Shown here: positions 53,541-63,116 of the stretch, in pieces
Layout of the letters: every line of letters begins with the position of its first letter
Numbering within the stretch: position 1 is the first letter of the stretch
From: Lysobacterales bacterium
GTDB taxonomy: Bacteria; Pseudomonadota; Gammaproteobacteria; Xanthomonadales; Ahniellaceae
Length of the DNA: 64,000 bases
Assembly (NCBI GenBank): GCA_043738015.1
Contig: JAYSZM010000001.1
Span: 17,809 to 81,808, forward strand
Direction: 5' to 3'
Notes under the pieces: model-generated
Seen by the model: the letters and a program-made list of their open reading frames with translations, nothing else
Databases searched by the model: none
Told to the model about the DNA's origin: nothing
Position numbers and translations under genes: made by a program

Positions 53541-54163
53541 GCGTCCGAACAATCATCTGCGTTCTGCTATTTGGCCAAGCGGTGGCGATTTCCGGTTGCA
53601 CGCTCATTCCACGCCCGGAGGCACTCACCACCTTGCAACTGAGTCTGCCCACGCCTGCGACCGAGGACGTCTGGCCGAGTGGGTTGACATTGGGCGGCGT
53701 GCGCGCGGTATCCGCCCTGCAGAGCAATCGGATATTGGTCGTCGATGGCGCCAAATTGATGCAGCATCAGGGTCTGCGCTGGTCCGAGTCACCGGCGATC
53801 ATGTTGGCCGAGCAGATGCAATTGCGCCGCGTTCGCGCGATCGAAGGCAGCACGCTCGGTGCGCATCGAATTGCCAGTGTTGACGTGTGGCTGAGCCGAT
53901 TCGACCTGCTGATAGAGCCGAACGGAGCGCGCTCGGCTCGGGTCACGCTATCGGCGGAACTGAAGTGCGTCCAGTCGGATTCGCACATCGAATTTCCGCC
54001 CACCGAACGTTCACAACCACCCGATACAGATGACGCGCAGAGCATCGCAGAAGCGTTCAACCTGGCCACTGCGGAGGCGGTCGAGGCCTTGCTGCGGACG
54101 GCCAAGGCGCATCTGGAATCGTGCGCAGATTTGCCAGCGCGACCGGTCAGCCCGGATCGCTGA
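53537..54163 (+). CDS. ABC-type transport auxiliary lipoprotein (PqiC/DUF330-like)
   Basis: Lipobox AISGCT. Size and position immediately after an MCE gene. 4-nt overlap (ATGA). Confidence 0.65.
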   Translation: MSVRTIICVLLFGQAVAISGCTLIPRPEALTTLQLSLPTPATEDVWPSGLTLGGVRAVSALQSNRILVVDGAKLMQHQGLRWSESPAIMLAEQMQLRRVRAIEGSTLGAHRIASVDVWLSRFDLLIEPNGARSARVTLSAELKCVQSDSHIEFPPTERSQPPDTDDAQSIAEAFNLATAEAVEALLRTAKAHLESCADLPARPVSPDR

Positions 54164-54390
54164 ATCGGCGCGCAGGGCACAAGCGGATCGCGTTGCCTGC
54201 TGGCGGCTGGGTATCCCGTCGCTTCGAACAGTCGGCCGCGGCGACGTTCGGATTCCAAATGCCGGCGTGTTCCGGCGAGGGCGAACGACCGCCGACTCGA
54301 TTGGACCCAGGCGGACGCGCCTGACAGTTGATCTGAATCAATTGCGCTGCGCGGGTCCGGCGCATACTGGAACTTCCAGGGAGACCTACC

Positions 54391-55242
54391 TTGAGCGCCG
54401 ACATCGACGCTACGCCCAGCATTGACCGAACCGAGCCCTCGTCGGTTGCGGCACCGCTTTCGGGACCAGGCCTAAGGGCTCTTGCACTCGAGCTATTGCA
54501 GCAAGCGCAAACTCATCTGGCCCGCACCGGTGAGGATCGCCATGCGGGCGTTCACGAGGCGCGAAAGTGTGTGCGTCGCGTGCGTGCCGCCCTGGCGCTC
54601 GGCGCAACGGTGCTCAACAAAGCCAAGGCGCGAGCACTCGACGACGAGCTGGGCCGGCTCTGTCGCGGCTTGTCGCATCTGCGCGATGGGCAGGCATTGA
54701 TCGAGGCGCTGCGGCGACTGCGGGATGTCGCACCGGTTGCTGCGCGCCGGATGCTGGCCGAGGCCGAAGCCCTGGCTTTGCAGCGACGCGACGGGATTCT
54801 GCAGCGGGCCTTGCTTCGCGATCCGGAATTCGCCGCGCGTCGACATCGATTGTTCGTCAGCCAGAAGCGACTCCGACGCCTGGATTGGGATGCGCTAGGA
54901 AAGAAGGAAATTGCCAAGGGTCTCAAGCGGAGCAGCCGCCGGGTCGACAAGGCTGAGCGGCGTGCCAGGCGACGCCCGGATGATGCGGCTGCCTGGCATG
55001 GCTTTCGACGCCGTCTGCGTCGTCTGCGTCAGCAAGACACCTTCCTGAGCACGTCGCGTCACGAATTGCAGACAAAAGTGAAGGGCAGAGTAGATCTCGC
55101 CACTGCGCTCGGCGAATCGCAAGACGACGTGCTCTTGTTGAGTCACTGCGGCAGACGATCGCCCTTTCCGCCCGAACACCGCACAGTGCTGGCCAAGCTG
55201 GCGAGCGAACGGATAGCGCACAGGCGTCACAACCCTGAGTGA
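54391..55242 (+). CDS. CHAD domain-containing protein
   Basis: Helical and Arg-rich. VHEARKCVRRVRAALAL and later FRRRLRRLRQQ are CHAD-like. TTG start. Confidence 0.6.
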   Translation: MSADIDATPSIDRTEPSSVAAPLSGPGLRALALELLQQAQTHLARTGEDRHAGVHEARKCVRRVRAALALGATVLNKAKARALDDELGRLCRGLSHLRDGQALIEALRRLRDVAPVAARRMLAEAEALALQRRDGILQRALLRDPEFAARRHRLFVSQKRLRRLDWDALGKKEIAKGLKRSSRRVDKAERRARRRPDDAAAWHGFRRRLRRLRQQDTFLSTSRHELQTKVKGRVDLATALGESQDDVLLLSHCGRRSPFPPEHRTVLAKLASERIAHRRHNPE

Positions 55243-55592
55243 CAACTCGCGCATTGTCCTGCGTGCGAAGGGATAGCGGTATGCCCTTCCTAATACCCTC
55301 CAACAGCGTCCAATTCGCGCAGGTCCCGGTTCGGCCATGGCCCGAACCGATCCCACACCGACTGCGCGGCGCACAGTGACGCAGCGGCCCGCCCAGCGGA
55401 ATCTCCAGACCGCACCCTACGCACGTCCGGATCATTCGCAAAAACCCGAACCGCGGTGCACGCGAATCCACCGACTTGGCGCGACGCTCCGGGTACGGAT
55501 CACCGAGGCGTCTCCAGGAATTGCACGGGCCTGGAAGAGCGCGCTCACTGATGCCGTACCACTGGCGCGTTGCGGACGTTTTTGGTCACGCC

Positions 55593-55964
55593 CTAGGGCC
55601 GCGCACTGCGCAGCAGCGAGACCTGCAATTGGACGCGCTTGATTTCGCGCAACGTGCGGTTGGCTTCCATGTGCGTTCCCATGAAACTCTTGCCCATGAA
55701 TACGATCTGGCTCAGTGCCAGACCCGCCGTGGCCCATTTCACTGCAGCCAACGCGTCGCCGCTGGAATAAAGTTGCCAGAACGCGTAGACGCTCAGCGCG
55801 GCGGTGGCGAGTACCACGAAATAGACCAGCCACATCACCCAGCTCCAGGAACCACGGAACATGCCCATCGCCTGTGTGAAGTAGCCAGGTTCGGCATGCC
55901 TTGCCAGCAATTCCTGGTCTTCCTTAGACATCGCCTGCGACATCAGATCATCCAACTTGCTCAT
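55593..55964 (-). CDS. small two-TM membrane protein (DUF6768-like), putative sigma-factor partner
   Basis: The ATG at 55964 gives MSKLDDLMSQAMSKEDQELLARH..., then two hydrophobic helices, ending with ...LREIKRVQLQVSLL. It overlaps the ECF sigma stop by 17 nt. Confidence 0.5.
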   Translation of the reverse strand: MSKLDDLMSQAMSKEDQELLARHAEPGYFTQAMGMFRGSWSWVMWLVYFVVLATAALSVYAFWQLYSSGDALAAVKWATAGLALSQIVFMGKSFMGTHMEANRTLREIKRVQLQVSLLRSARP

Positions 55965-56547
55965 TTCCCACTCCTTCCAATAGCGCACGGACTTTGTTCC
56001 GCGCATGCATGAGCCGGGTCTTGACCGTTCCCGGCGGAACGTCCATCGCAATGGCAATTTCGGCCACGCTCAGGCTTTCCAGATAAAACAGGGCCAGCAC
56101 CGAGCGCTGTGCGCCTGGTAAGGATCGCAAAGCAGTCAATACCTGCTCGATGTCGACATTGAGCTCGCCCTCGTGGGCGTTTGAGCAGATCTCATCGGCT
56201 TCCACGGTCAGTGCCGCGGTGGCGCGCCGTTGTTGATCAGAACCACGAAACAGCCGCTGGCAGCGCCGCGTGACGATCTGCAAGGCCCAGGCCGGAAACG
56301 CGGCCAGATCATCCAGTCGGCCGAGACTGCGCAGGATCTCGACCCAGCTTTCCTGAACCGCATCACGCGCCCGCTCGGCGTCGCCCAGCAGGCGCCAGGC
56401 ATGTCGCAACAACTTCGGCTGCCAACGCACCACCAGACGCTGCCACGCCGGCCGGTCTCCGGTCAGAGCCGCAGCGATCAGGTACTCATCGAGGATTCTT
56501 TCGCTGTTCCGCTGCACGTTCGGGCTGCCATGGCTTCGCTGTTGCAT
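55948..56547 (-). CDS. ECF (sigma-70 family) RNA polymerase sigma factor
   Basis: Region 2 (ARDAVQESWVEILRSL...AFPAWALQIVTRRC) and region 4 (LPGAQRSVLALFYLESLSVAEIAIAMDVPPGTVKTRLMHARNKV). The start is uncertain (ATG 56547 or GTG 56517). Confidence 0.85.
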   Translation of the reverse strand: MQQRSHGSPNVQRNSERILDEYLIAAALTGDRPAWQRLVVRWQPKLLRHAWRLLGDAERARDAVQESWVEILRSLGRLDDLAAFPAWALQIVTRRCQRLFRGSDQQRRATAALTVEADEICSNAHEGELNVDIEQVLTALRSLPGAQRSVLALFYLESLSVAEIAIAMDVPPGTVKTRLMHARNKVRALLEGVGNEQVG

Positions 56548-56912
56548 CTTAGGTGCCAGCGCGGCGTGAATCGGTTCAATTCGCGGTCGCCGTTTTCGAT
56601 TTTCCGCGCCCGGTCCGCAACCGCAAGTGCAGGTCGGATGCCGCGTGGCGGTATCCGCAGTCGTGAAGGCGGCGGCACCGATACATCGAGAAACAGCATG
56701 CAGATCCTCTGCGGTCACCAAAACCCCGACGCTTGCGCCGGGCGCGGCGGATTCAGCTGCGCGGAATCCGCCCTACGTTCTACGTTTGAGAACCGCGCGC
56801 ACGGTGGTATCTGTACATCATCGGTACCGCGCGCCCGGTATGCGCTTCCCGATGATTGTGCGTGCTGCAATTCGAATGGCTACTATCCAGGCGGTCGACA
56901 AACAGGGAACAC

Positions 56913-58045
56913 GCATGCGCACTCGAATTGCTTACAGAAAAGCCATCGCGGTGAGTCTGGGCGCAACACTGCTGATGCTGGCGAGCCTCAGCGCCAGCGC
57001 AAACGATGTGACGCTCGAAGCCGATCGCATGCTGCGCCAGTTCGCGAGCGAAAGCGGCAGCCCCGGACTTTCGGTATCGGTCGCGCAAGACGGCCGACTG
57101 GTCTGGTCGAGGGGTTTTGGCTATGCCGATATCGAACAACGGGTTCCGGTAGAGCCCTCGACAACAAAGTTCAGAGTGGGCAGCGTGGTCAAGCCGATGA
57201 CGGCGCTTGCCCTGGTCACGCTGGTGGAGCGCGGCAGCATCGACCTCGATGCCGATGTGCGCCGCTACGTGCCGACATTTCCGGAAAAGGCGCATGTCTT
57301 CAGCGTCCGCCAGTTGGCCGGCCACCTCGCCGGCATACGCCATTACGCTGGCGATGAAGCCTATGGTAGGAAGTACTACGCCAGCGTGCGCGAGTCACTG
57401 GACATCTTCCAGTCCGATCCGCTGATTGGGGTGCCCGGCGCGCAGTGGAAGTACTCTTCGTATGGATACAACCTGCTGAGCGCAGTAATTGAACAGGCAG
57501 CGGGCGAGCCCTTTCTCGACACCATGGCCAAGACGGTCTTCGTTCCGCTGGGCATGACGGCCACGGTGCCCGATCGTCTCCAGGACATCGTGCCCCATCG
57601 CGGTCGCTACTACCTGCGCCGGGACGGTCATGTCTATAACGAACCCGAAGTCGACAACAGCTACAAATGGGCCAGCGGCGGCTTTCTGTCCACCACAGAT
57701 GATCTCGCGCGCTTCGGACTGGCACATATGGATGACAACAGAGTCTCGCCCGCGATGCGACGTCTGCTCTGGACCGTGCAGAAGACCGCATCCGGCGATG
57801 CCACCGGCTACGGCATCGGCTGGCGCATCGTGCAAGATGCCGAGGGCAACAACTGGATCGGCCACGGCGGCGGCTCGATCGGCGGAACCTCGCAACTCTG
57901 GCTGCTGCCCGAACACGGTCTGGTCATCGCTATGGCCAGCAACCTGACCGAGCTGGATTACGCAGATATTCTGCCGCGGCTGAGTGCGCTGTTTATCGCG
58001 CAGCCGAATGACCCAGGCGGGGACGCCGCTGCGAAGATTGAGTAG
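56913..58045 (+). CDS. beta-lactamase-family serine hydrolase
   Basis: The ATG at 56913 gives a signal peptide. The SxxK nucleophile lies in FRVGSVVKPMTA, with a YSSYGY and a later HGGGSIGG motif. Confidence 0.8.
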
Positions 58046-58094
58046 AGAGTCGGTCGAATCCCGCTTCTTTTGATCTTGCGGTTGACCTCGCACT

Positions 58095-58122
58095 TGTAGC
58101 GCGGGGCTCGCCCCGCGCTACA
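58095..58122. repeat. REP-like palindrome TGTAGCGCGGGG-CTCG-CCCCGCGCTACA
   Basis: A perfect 12-bp stem. Same family as 62671-62694, whose reverse complement is GTAGTGCGGGGCTTGCCCCGCTGC. Confidence 0.8.
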
Positions 58123-58206
58123 GACGAGACACGGGCAGGCCGATCGTGAACGGCGCTAGCTGCCACAGCACGCGGCACTTCCACCGCCAATCCCTTCGTG
58201 CCTAGA

Positions 58207-60255
58207 ATGACGGGCTGCCTCCAACAGAATGGCGTTCTGTGCGCAGCCTCGGGGGTTTGCGTGCGTGTCGGAGTTATTGGTTTGTGGCTGGCGCTGCTGT
58301 GCATGGCTATGGGCAACGCCAGGGCGGGCAGTCCGGATCATCAGGAATTCGAGGCGGCGCTGGCGGCGCCGTTTCGCGGTGAGACCGGTGAGGCGCGGGA
58401 ATTGCGGATGTTCTTTCGCTTCCCCGATGCCAGTGAGCCTTCGACTGTGGCGTGGCGGCTTGAGTTGCTTGGGCCTCACGGTTCGGATGTACTGCGGACC
58501 TGGCTCGGGGAAGAGCGCCTGTATCAGGCTCCGATTGAAATAGCGCAGGCCTGGGATGGCCGGGATGGGCTGGGCCGCGCCTTGCAGAACGGTTTTTATC
58601 GTGTGCGGATGCGCGCGCTGTCCGGTGAACCGCTTGCGATGCGTGCGGCTGGAGGAACCCTTGAGCAGCGCGTCGATGCGGCGTTGAGCGCGGCCGAAGG
58701 CGTGATCGAGCAGGAATGGGAAGTGCATGTCGGTGTGCCGGCCGTGGTCGCCATGCCCGACTTCGCGGCGCTGCCGATCGGCGTCCAACCGAATCGCGCC
58801 GCACCGATTGCCGGCGGGCTGCCGTACACGGTGTACCTCGGCAATCTGCATACGCAGAGCAATGATTCGGATGGCGGTGGTGCGATCGGCTCCTGTTCCG
58901 GCTCGCAGGGCGCGCAGACCGGCGCGTTCGGGCCCGGTGCGGGCTTCGACTATGCGCGCGACCATGGGCTGGATTTCTCCGCAGCGACGGAACACAACCA
59001 TTACTTCGATGGTTCGTCCGGAACCAATTCCAGCGCCAACCCACAGGTTGCCCGCGACCGCTATCAGGCAGGCCTAACCGCCGCGCTGACGCGCAACGCC
59101 ATCCAGCCCGGTTTCCTCGCCGTCTACGGCATGGAATGGGGTGTGATCAGCAATGCTGGGCATATGAACATCTTCAACTCGAACGAACTGTTCGCTTGGG
59201 AGTTCAATAGCAGCGGTCAGCTGATCGGCGATGTATTTACCGCCAAGAGTGACTACCCCGGCATCTACGCAACGATGCAAGCGCGCAATCTGATCGGCCA
59301 GTTCAATCATCCGGATGCCTCAACGCAGTTCAAGGTGAATGGCGTGCCCGTGGGGTACAGCTCCGATGGCGATGAAGTGATGGTGCTGTCGGAGATCCAG
59401 AACACCTCGGCGTTCTCCAGCAATACCACCGAGACCGAGACCAGCCGCAGCCTCTACGAATCGGATTACAAGAAATTTCTCGAAGCCGGTTTCCACGTCG
59501 CGCCGGCGACCAATCAGGACAATCACTGCGCCAACTGGGGTGCCAGCTGGACCAACCGAACCGCGGTGTTGATCGAACAGTCTCTGCCGCTGAGCCGCGA
59601 CAATTTTCTTGATGCACTGCGCGCACGTCGGGTATTTGCGACCAGCGACAAAGCATCGCAGCTGATTTTCACCGCCAACGAACATCTGATGGGCGAACGC
59701 TTTGACAACTACGGGTCGCTGCAACTCAGCGCCCTGTTCGCCAACCCGGCCGGCCGCACGGTCAGCCAGATCCAGATACTGGAGGGCGTGCCCGGCCGCA
59801 ACGGCACGGTGACGGTCTTGGCAGAGACCGCCACGCATAATTTTACCCCGGCCCTCGGCGCGCATTTTTACTATGTGCGACTGGTTCAGGACGATGGCAA
59901 GTTGCTGTGGTCGGCACCGATCTGGGTCAATCAGTTGGCGGGCAGCGATACGACCCTGCCGACTGTTGTCGCCAGCGTGCAGGGCGGGCGCGGCGATATC
60001 GTGCTCAAAGCCAATGCCAGCGATAACGCCGGTGTCGTCAATACGCGCTTTCTGGTCGATGGCATCGAGCGTGGCCAGGATGCCGGCGCGCCGTACCAGA
60101 TCGATTTCGATTCAACGACGCTGAGCGATGGCTTGCATAGCCTGGTCGTCGAGGCCAGTGACGCCGCCTTGAACATCGGCATCTCGTCGCCGGTGGAATT
60201 CAGCGTCGACAACGCGCCCTTGCCCGAGCTCGTGTTCGCCAACAGTTTCGAATAG
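58207..60255 (+). CDS. secreted PHP/CehA-type metallohydrolase with Ig-like domains
   Basis: Histidine cluster YLGNLHTQSNDSDGGG...ATEHNHYF. An N-terminal FlgD-Ig-like WDGRDGLGRALQNGFYRVRM and a C-terminal Ig-like domain. Start options are GTG 58198, ATG 58207 and GTG 58261. Ends ...ELVFANSFE. Confidence 0.55.
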   Translation: MTGCLQQNGVLCAASGVCVRVGVIGLWLALLCMAMGNARAGSPDHQEFEAALAAPFRGETGEARELRMFFRFPDASEPSTVAWRLELLGPHGSDVLRTWLGEERLYQAPIEIAQAWDGRDGLGRALQNGFYRVRMRALSGEPLAMRAAGGTLEQRVDAALSAAEGVIEQEWEVHVGVPAVVAMPDFAALPIGVQPNRAAPIAGGLPYTVYLGNLHTQSNDSDGGGAIGSCSGSQGAQTGAFGPGAGFDYARDHGLDFSAATEHNHYFDGSSGTNSSANPQVARDRYQAGLTAALTRNAIQPGFLAVYGMEWGVISNAGHMNIFNSNELFAWEFNSSGQLIGDVFTAKSDYPGIYATMQARNLIGQFNHPDASTQFKVNGVPVGYSSDGDEVMVLSEIQNTSAFSSNTTETETSRSLYESDYKKFLEAGFHVAPATNQDNHCANWGASWTNRTAVLIEQSLPLSRDNFLDALRARRVFATSDKASQLIFTANEHLMGERFDNYGSLQLSALFANPAGRTVSQIQILEGVPGRNGTVTVLAETATHNFTPALGAHFYYVRLVQDDGKLLWSAPIWVNQLAGSDTTLPTVVASVQGGRGDIVLKANASDNAGVVNTRFLVDGIERGQDAGAPYQIDFDSTTLSDGLHSLVVEASDAALNIGISSPVEFSVDNAPLPELVFANSFE

Positions 60256-60270
60256 CGCCGCGCTCGTCGA

Positions 60271-62514
60271 CTATTGCTCGACGTCGATAGCGCCACCGGT
60301 CTGCGCCATAAAGGCACCCTGGCCGGTCGCCAGCATCAGGTCGCTGCCACCGGCCGCGTTGGCGGTGATCAGCAGTTGCGTTGCCGCCCGCACCGAGGGC
60401 AGTCCGGCATCCGCCGGCGTGAACCGGTTGCCGCCATCCTCGCTGTACTCGATGCGTGATGGCTGACTGGCGCTGCCAGCACGCACCACATAGAGGCGAT
60501 CGGATTGGTCGGGATCGCAGCCGATGTCGAGTATCCAGGCGCCCTCGCTGCCGCGCGCCTGCCAACTACGTCCGGCATCGACCGAGCGAAATATCCGGCT
60601 GGACCAATTGCCCAGACCCGCGCTGAGATACACCACGCCCGGATCGTTGGCGCTGACGCAGAGCCGGGCATTGCTCAGCACGACCGGCAATCCGGCCGCG
60701 CTGGGCTGCCAGGAGCGACCGCCATCGTCGGAGCGCAGCACGTCGCCACGGCGAGCACCGTTGCCGTCTTCCCATGCAGCCAGCATCGTTTCCGGCGTCG
60801 AGGCGTCGGTGCGCGTCGGCAAGACTTCCAGATCGATGAACTCACCGCGCCCTGCGCTTTCGTATGCCTTGGTCCAGCGTGTGCCGCGATCGACCGAGCG
60901 CCAGATCACGCCCTCGTAGCCCTGGATCGCACCGTAGTCGGAGCCCGCCAGCATGATCAGGTCCGGCGCCTCGGCACTGAATCGGATCGCGCGAATCTGG
61001 GTTTCGAACAACGGCCCCTGCTCGGGTCCAAGCGCGCTCCAGCTGCCATCGTCATCGCGGCGGTAGATTCCCTCCGCAGCGACCGTTGATGGCCCGCCCG
61101 AAGCGGCGTACAAGCTGCCGTCGCTTGAGAACTGCAGTGCGTTGTAGCGCGTAGCTGGCAGTGACTCGCGCTGCCAGTTGCGACCGGAATCGCTACTGCT
61201 GAATATTCGGCCTTCATTGAGTCCATTGGCCGCAATAGCGATCCGCTTGGGATTGTTCGGATCGATAGCGAGCGCACGCACATCCACCGCCTGCATGCCC
61301 TGGGCCCGTGGCGCGAACTGCCGTCCGCCATCATCGGACAGCAACACACCGCCGCCGACACTGGCCGCCGCAATCTGCTCATTCTGATCCGGATTGAAAC
61401 GGAGCGCGCCGATGCTCAGGGCCGGAGTCGACGTGGCATCGCGACGCCAGCTACGCCCACCGTCCGCGCTGACATGCACGCCATCACCATCGGTACCGAT
61501 CAGCAGGTGATCCGGGTCAATGGGAGAGACCGCGATCGCATGGACCACGGCGGTTTGCCAGTTCGGATCATGCACGCTGCGCCAACTGCGGCCCTCGTCA
61601 TCCGATGCCAGCAGACCGAGATACTGCTGGCCGAGCAATTGACCGCCACCGACCAGGATGCGTCCGCGTGCAAAGGCGACGCTGCGCAGTGGGCGATTAC
61701 CCAGTCCCGCCGAGCGGTCGGTCCAGGTCTCGCCACCATCCACGCTGAGCCAAAGCATGCCACCGCCGAAATCGCCGGCAAACACCGCGGCCATGCGCTG
61801 CGGCTGCAAGGGATCGAAGGCGATCTCGCGACAGCCCATCGCGATCGCCATTGCCGGCGTGCGATCGCTCCAGCTGAGTCCGCCATCGGCCGAGCGCAGC
61901 AGGGTCTTGCGTTGGCGACCCAGGGCATCACTGACACCGACCCAGATTACTGAAGTGCGCGAAGGATCGATGGCGATATCAAGTACCGCATCATGGGCAC
62001 CGATACCGAGATCACGCGACGTCCAACGGCTGGCGCCAGCCGCGCTGAAAAACACGCCATCCTGGCTGCCAACGAAGGCGGCGCCGCTATCGGCAAATTC
62101 AGCGGCATAGACGGCGCGTCCATCGAACCCCGGCACCGTCTGCCAACGTGCGCCGCCGTCCAGCGAGCGATAGAGCGCGCCACCACCGCCACTGCTGCTG
62201 ACGTAGCCAGCGGCCAGCATCAGGCCGGCCTGCCGCGGTGAATAGGCGATGTCCGCGATGTCGGCCCCGTCGGGACTGCGGCGCTGCCAGTGCAGGGCCG
62301 AAGCTCCAGTATCGATGGCGCCAGCGCTTTGCGATTCGTCCGCCACACTGGAATCCGTTGGTTGCGGATGGACACCACCGGCATCGAATTCTGTGGAGGC
62401 TTCGCCTGCGGCTGCGATGAAAGACGAGAGCAGAACCGTCATCGTCAGCAGCAGACGGGCCACACACTGCTGGCCAACGGCGCTCAGGATCGCGCGACAA
62501 AGAGGGGGGTTCAT
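60271..62514 (-). CDS. BNR/Asp-box repeat (sialidase/sortilin-VPS10-like) secreted protein
   Basis: At least 11 SxDxGxxW-type Asp boxes, for example SLDGGARW, SADGGLSW, SVDGGETW, SDDEGRSW, SADGGRSW, SSDSGRNW, SVDRGTRW, SDDGGRSW and SVDAGRSW. Confidence 0.8.
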   Translation of the reverse strand: MNPPLCRAILSAVGQQCVARLLLTMTVLLSSFIAAAGEASTEFDAGGVHPQPTDSSVADESQSAGAIDTGASALHWQRRSPDGADIADIAYSPRQAGLMLAAGYVSSSGGGGALYRSLDGGARWQTVPGFDGRAVYAAEFADSGAAFVGSQDGVFFSAAGASRWTSRDLGIGAHDAVLDIAIDPSRTSVIWVGVSDALGRQRKTLLRSADGGLSWSDRTPAMAIAMGCREIAFDPLQPQRMAAVFAGDFGGGMLWLSVDGGETWTDRSAGLGNRPLRSVAFARGRILVGGGQLLGQQYLGLLASDDEGRSWRSVHDPNWQTAVVHAIAVSPIDPDHLLIGTDGDGVHVSADGGRSWRRDATSTPALSIGALRFNPDQNEQIAAASVGGGVLLSDDGGRQFAPRAQGMQAVDVRALAIDPNNPKRIAIAANGLNEGRIFSSSDSGRNWQRESLPATRYNALQFSSDGSLYAASGGPSTVAAEGIYRRDDDGSWSALGPEQGPLFETQIRAIRFSAEAPDLIMLAGSDYGAIQGYEGVIWRSVDRGTRWTKAYESAGRGEFIDLEVLPTRTDASTPETMLAAWEDGNGARRGDVLRSDDGGRSWQPSAAGLPVVLSNARLCVSANDPGVVYLSAGLGNWSSRIFRSVDAGRSWQARGSEGAWILDIGCDPDQSDRLYVVRAGSASQPSRIEYSEDGGNRFTPADAGLPSVRAATQLLITANAAGGSDLMLATGQGAFMAQTGGAIDVEQ

Positions 62515-62670
62515 TGCGGCCGGCGCTCATCGGAACAGGAGCTGCATCCTGCTCGATGGTCCAGGCCCCTACATCGGTGTCGCGCGGAAATTCGGCTGCG
62601 AGATTTCGCATTCGCGCACGGCGCTTGCCGCGCTGCGTTTGATCTTGCTTTTTTTTGTAAGAGATCCAGA

Positions 62671-62694
62671 GCAGCGGGGCAAGCCCCGCACTAC
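62671..62694. repeat. REP-like palindrome (GCGGGGC-AA-GCCCCGC core)
   Basis: Member of the GTAG(C/T)GCGGGGCT(C/T)GCCCCGC family, in inverted orientation relative to 58095-58122. Confidence 0.7.
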
Positions 62695-62764
62695 GACCGA
62701 AGCGACGCTCGACCTCCTGGCGGATCGGCCGCGTGCAACGGCACCGCCTCGACCATGCCGACCT

Positions 62765-63043
62765 TTACTCGCTGGCTTCGGGCTTTTCCGCTGCGCCCTG
62801 TTCGCCGACATCATGGAACCAGGCCGAGACTTCACCGTTCAGTTTCATCGTCATCGAATTGCCGCGACGATCCAGTGAGCGACCGACTGCGACGCGGACC
62901 CAGTTCTCGCTGATGCAGTATTCCTCGACGTCTTTGCGCTCGTTGCCGCGAAAACGCACACCGACGCCGCGCGCCAGCGCATCGGCATTGTGGAAGGGGC
63001 TCTTGGGATTATTCGCCAGATGATCGGGCGGTGTATCGGTCAT
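62765..63043 (-). CDS. DUF3297 family protein
   Basis: The ATG at 63043 gives MTDTPPDHLANNPKSPFHNADALARGVGVRFRGNERKDVEEYCISENW..., as recalled for DUF3297. The upstream extension in the track ORF is Arg-rich and unlikely. Confidence 0.65.
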   Translation of the reverse strand: MTDTPPDHLANNPKSPFHNADALARGVGVRFRGNERKDVEEYCISENWVRVAVGRSLDRRGNSMTMKLNGEVSAWFHDVGEQGAAEKPEASE

Positions 63044-63116
63044 AGGTTCGTCTCGCAGAAACGCAGAGTGTGGAACGCGCATTGTAGAGCATGCCCGGCG
63101 CCTCGGTTCGCGGGCG

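Noticed and set aside
56548-56600. ECF-type promoter (GAACC-N18-CACCTAA) upstream of the sigma factor gene
   Set aside because: The putative -10 would sit only a few nt before the ATG at 56547, and the match to ECF consensus motifs is weak. It makes sense only if the real start is the GTG at 56517. Evidence is insufficient.
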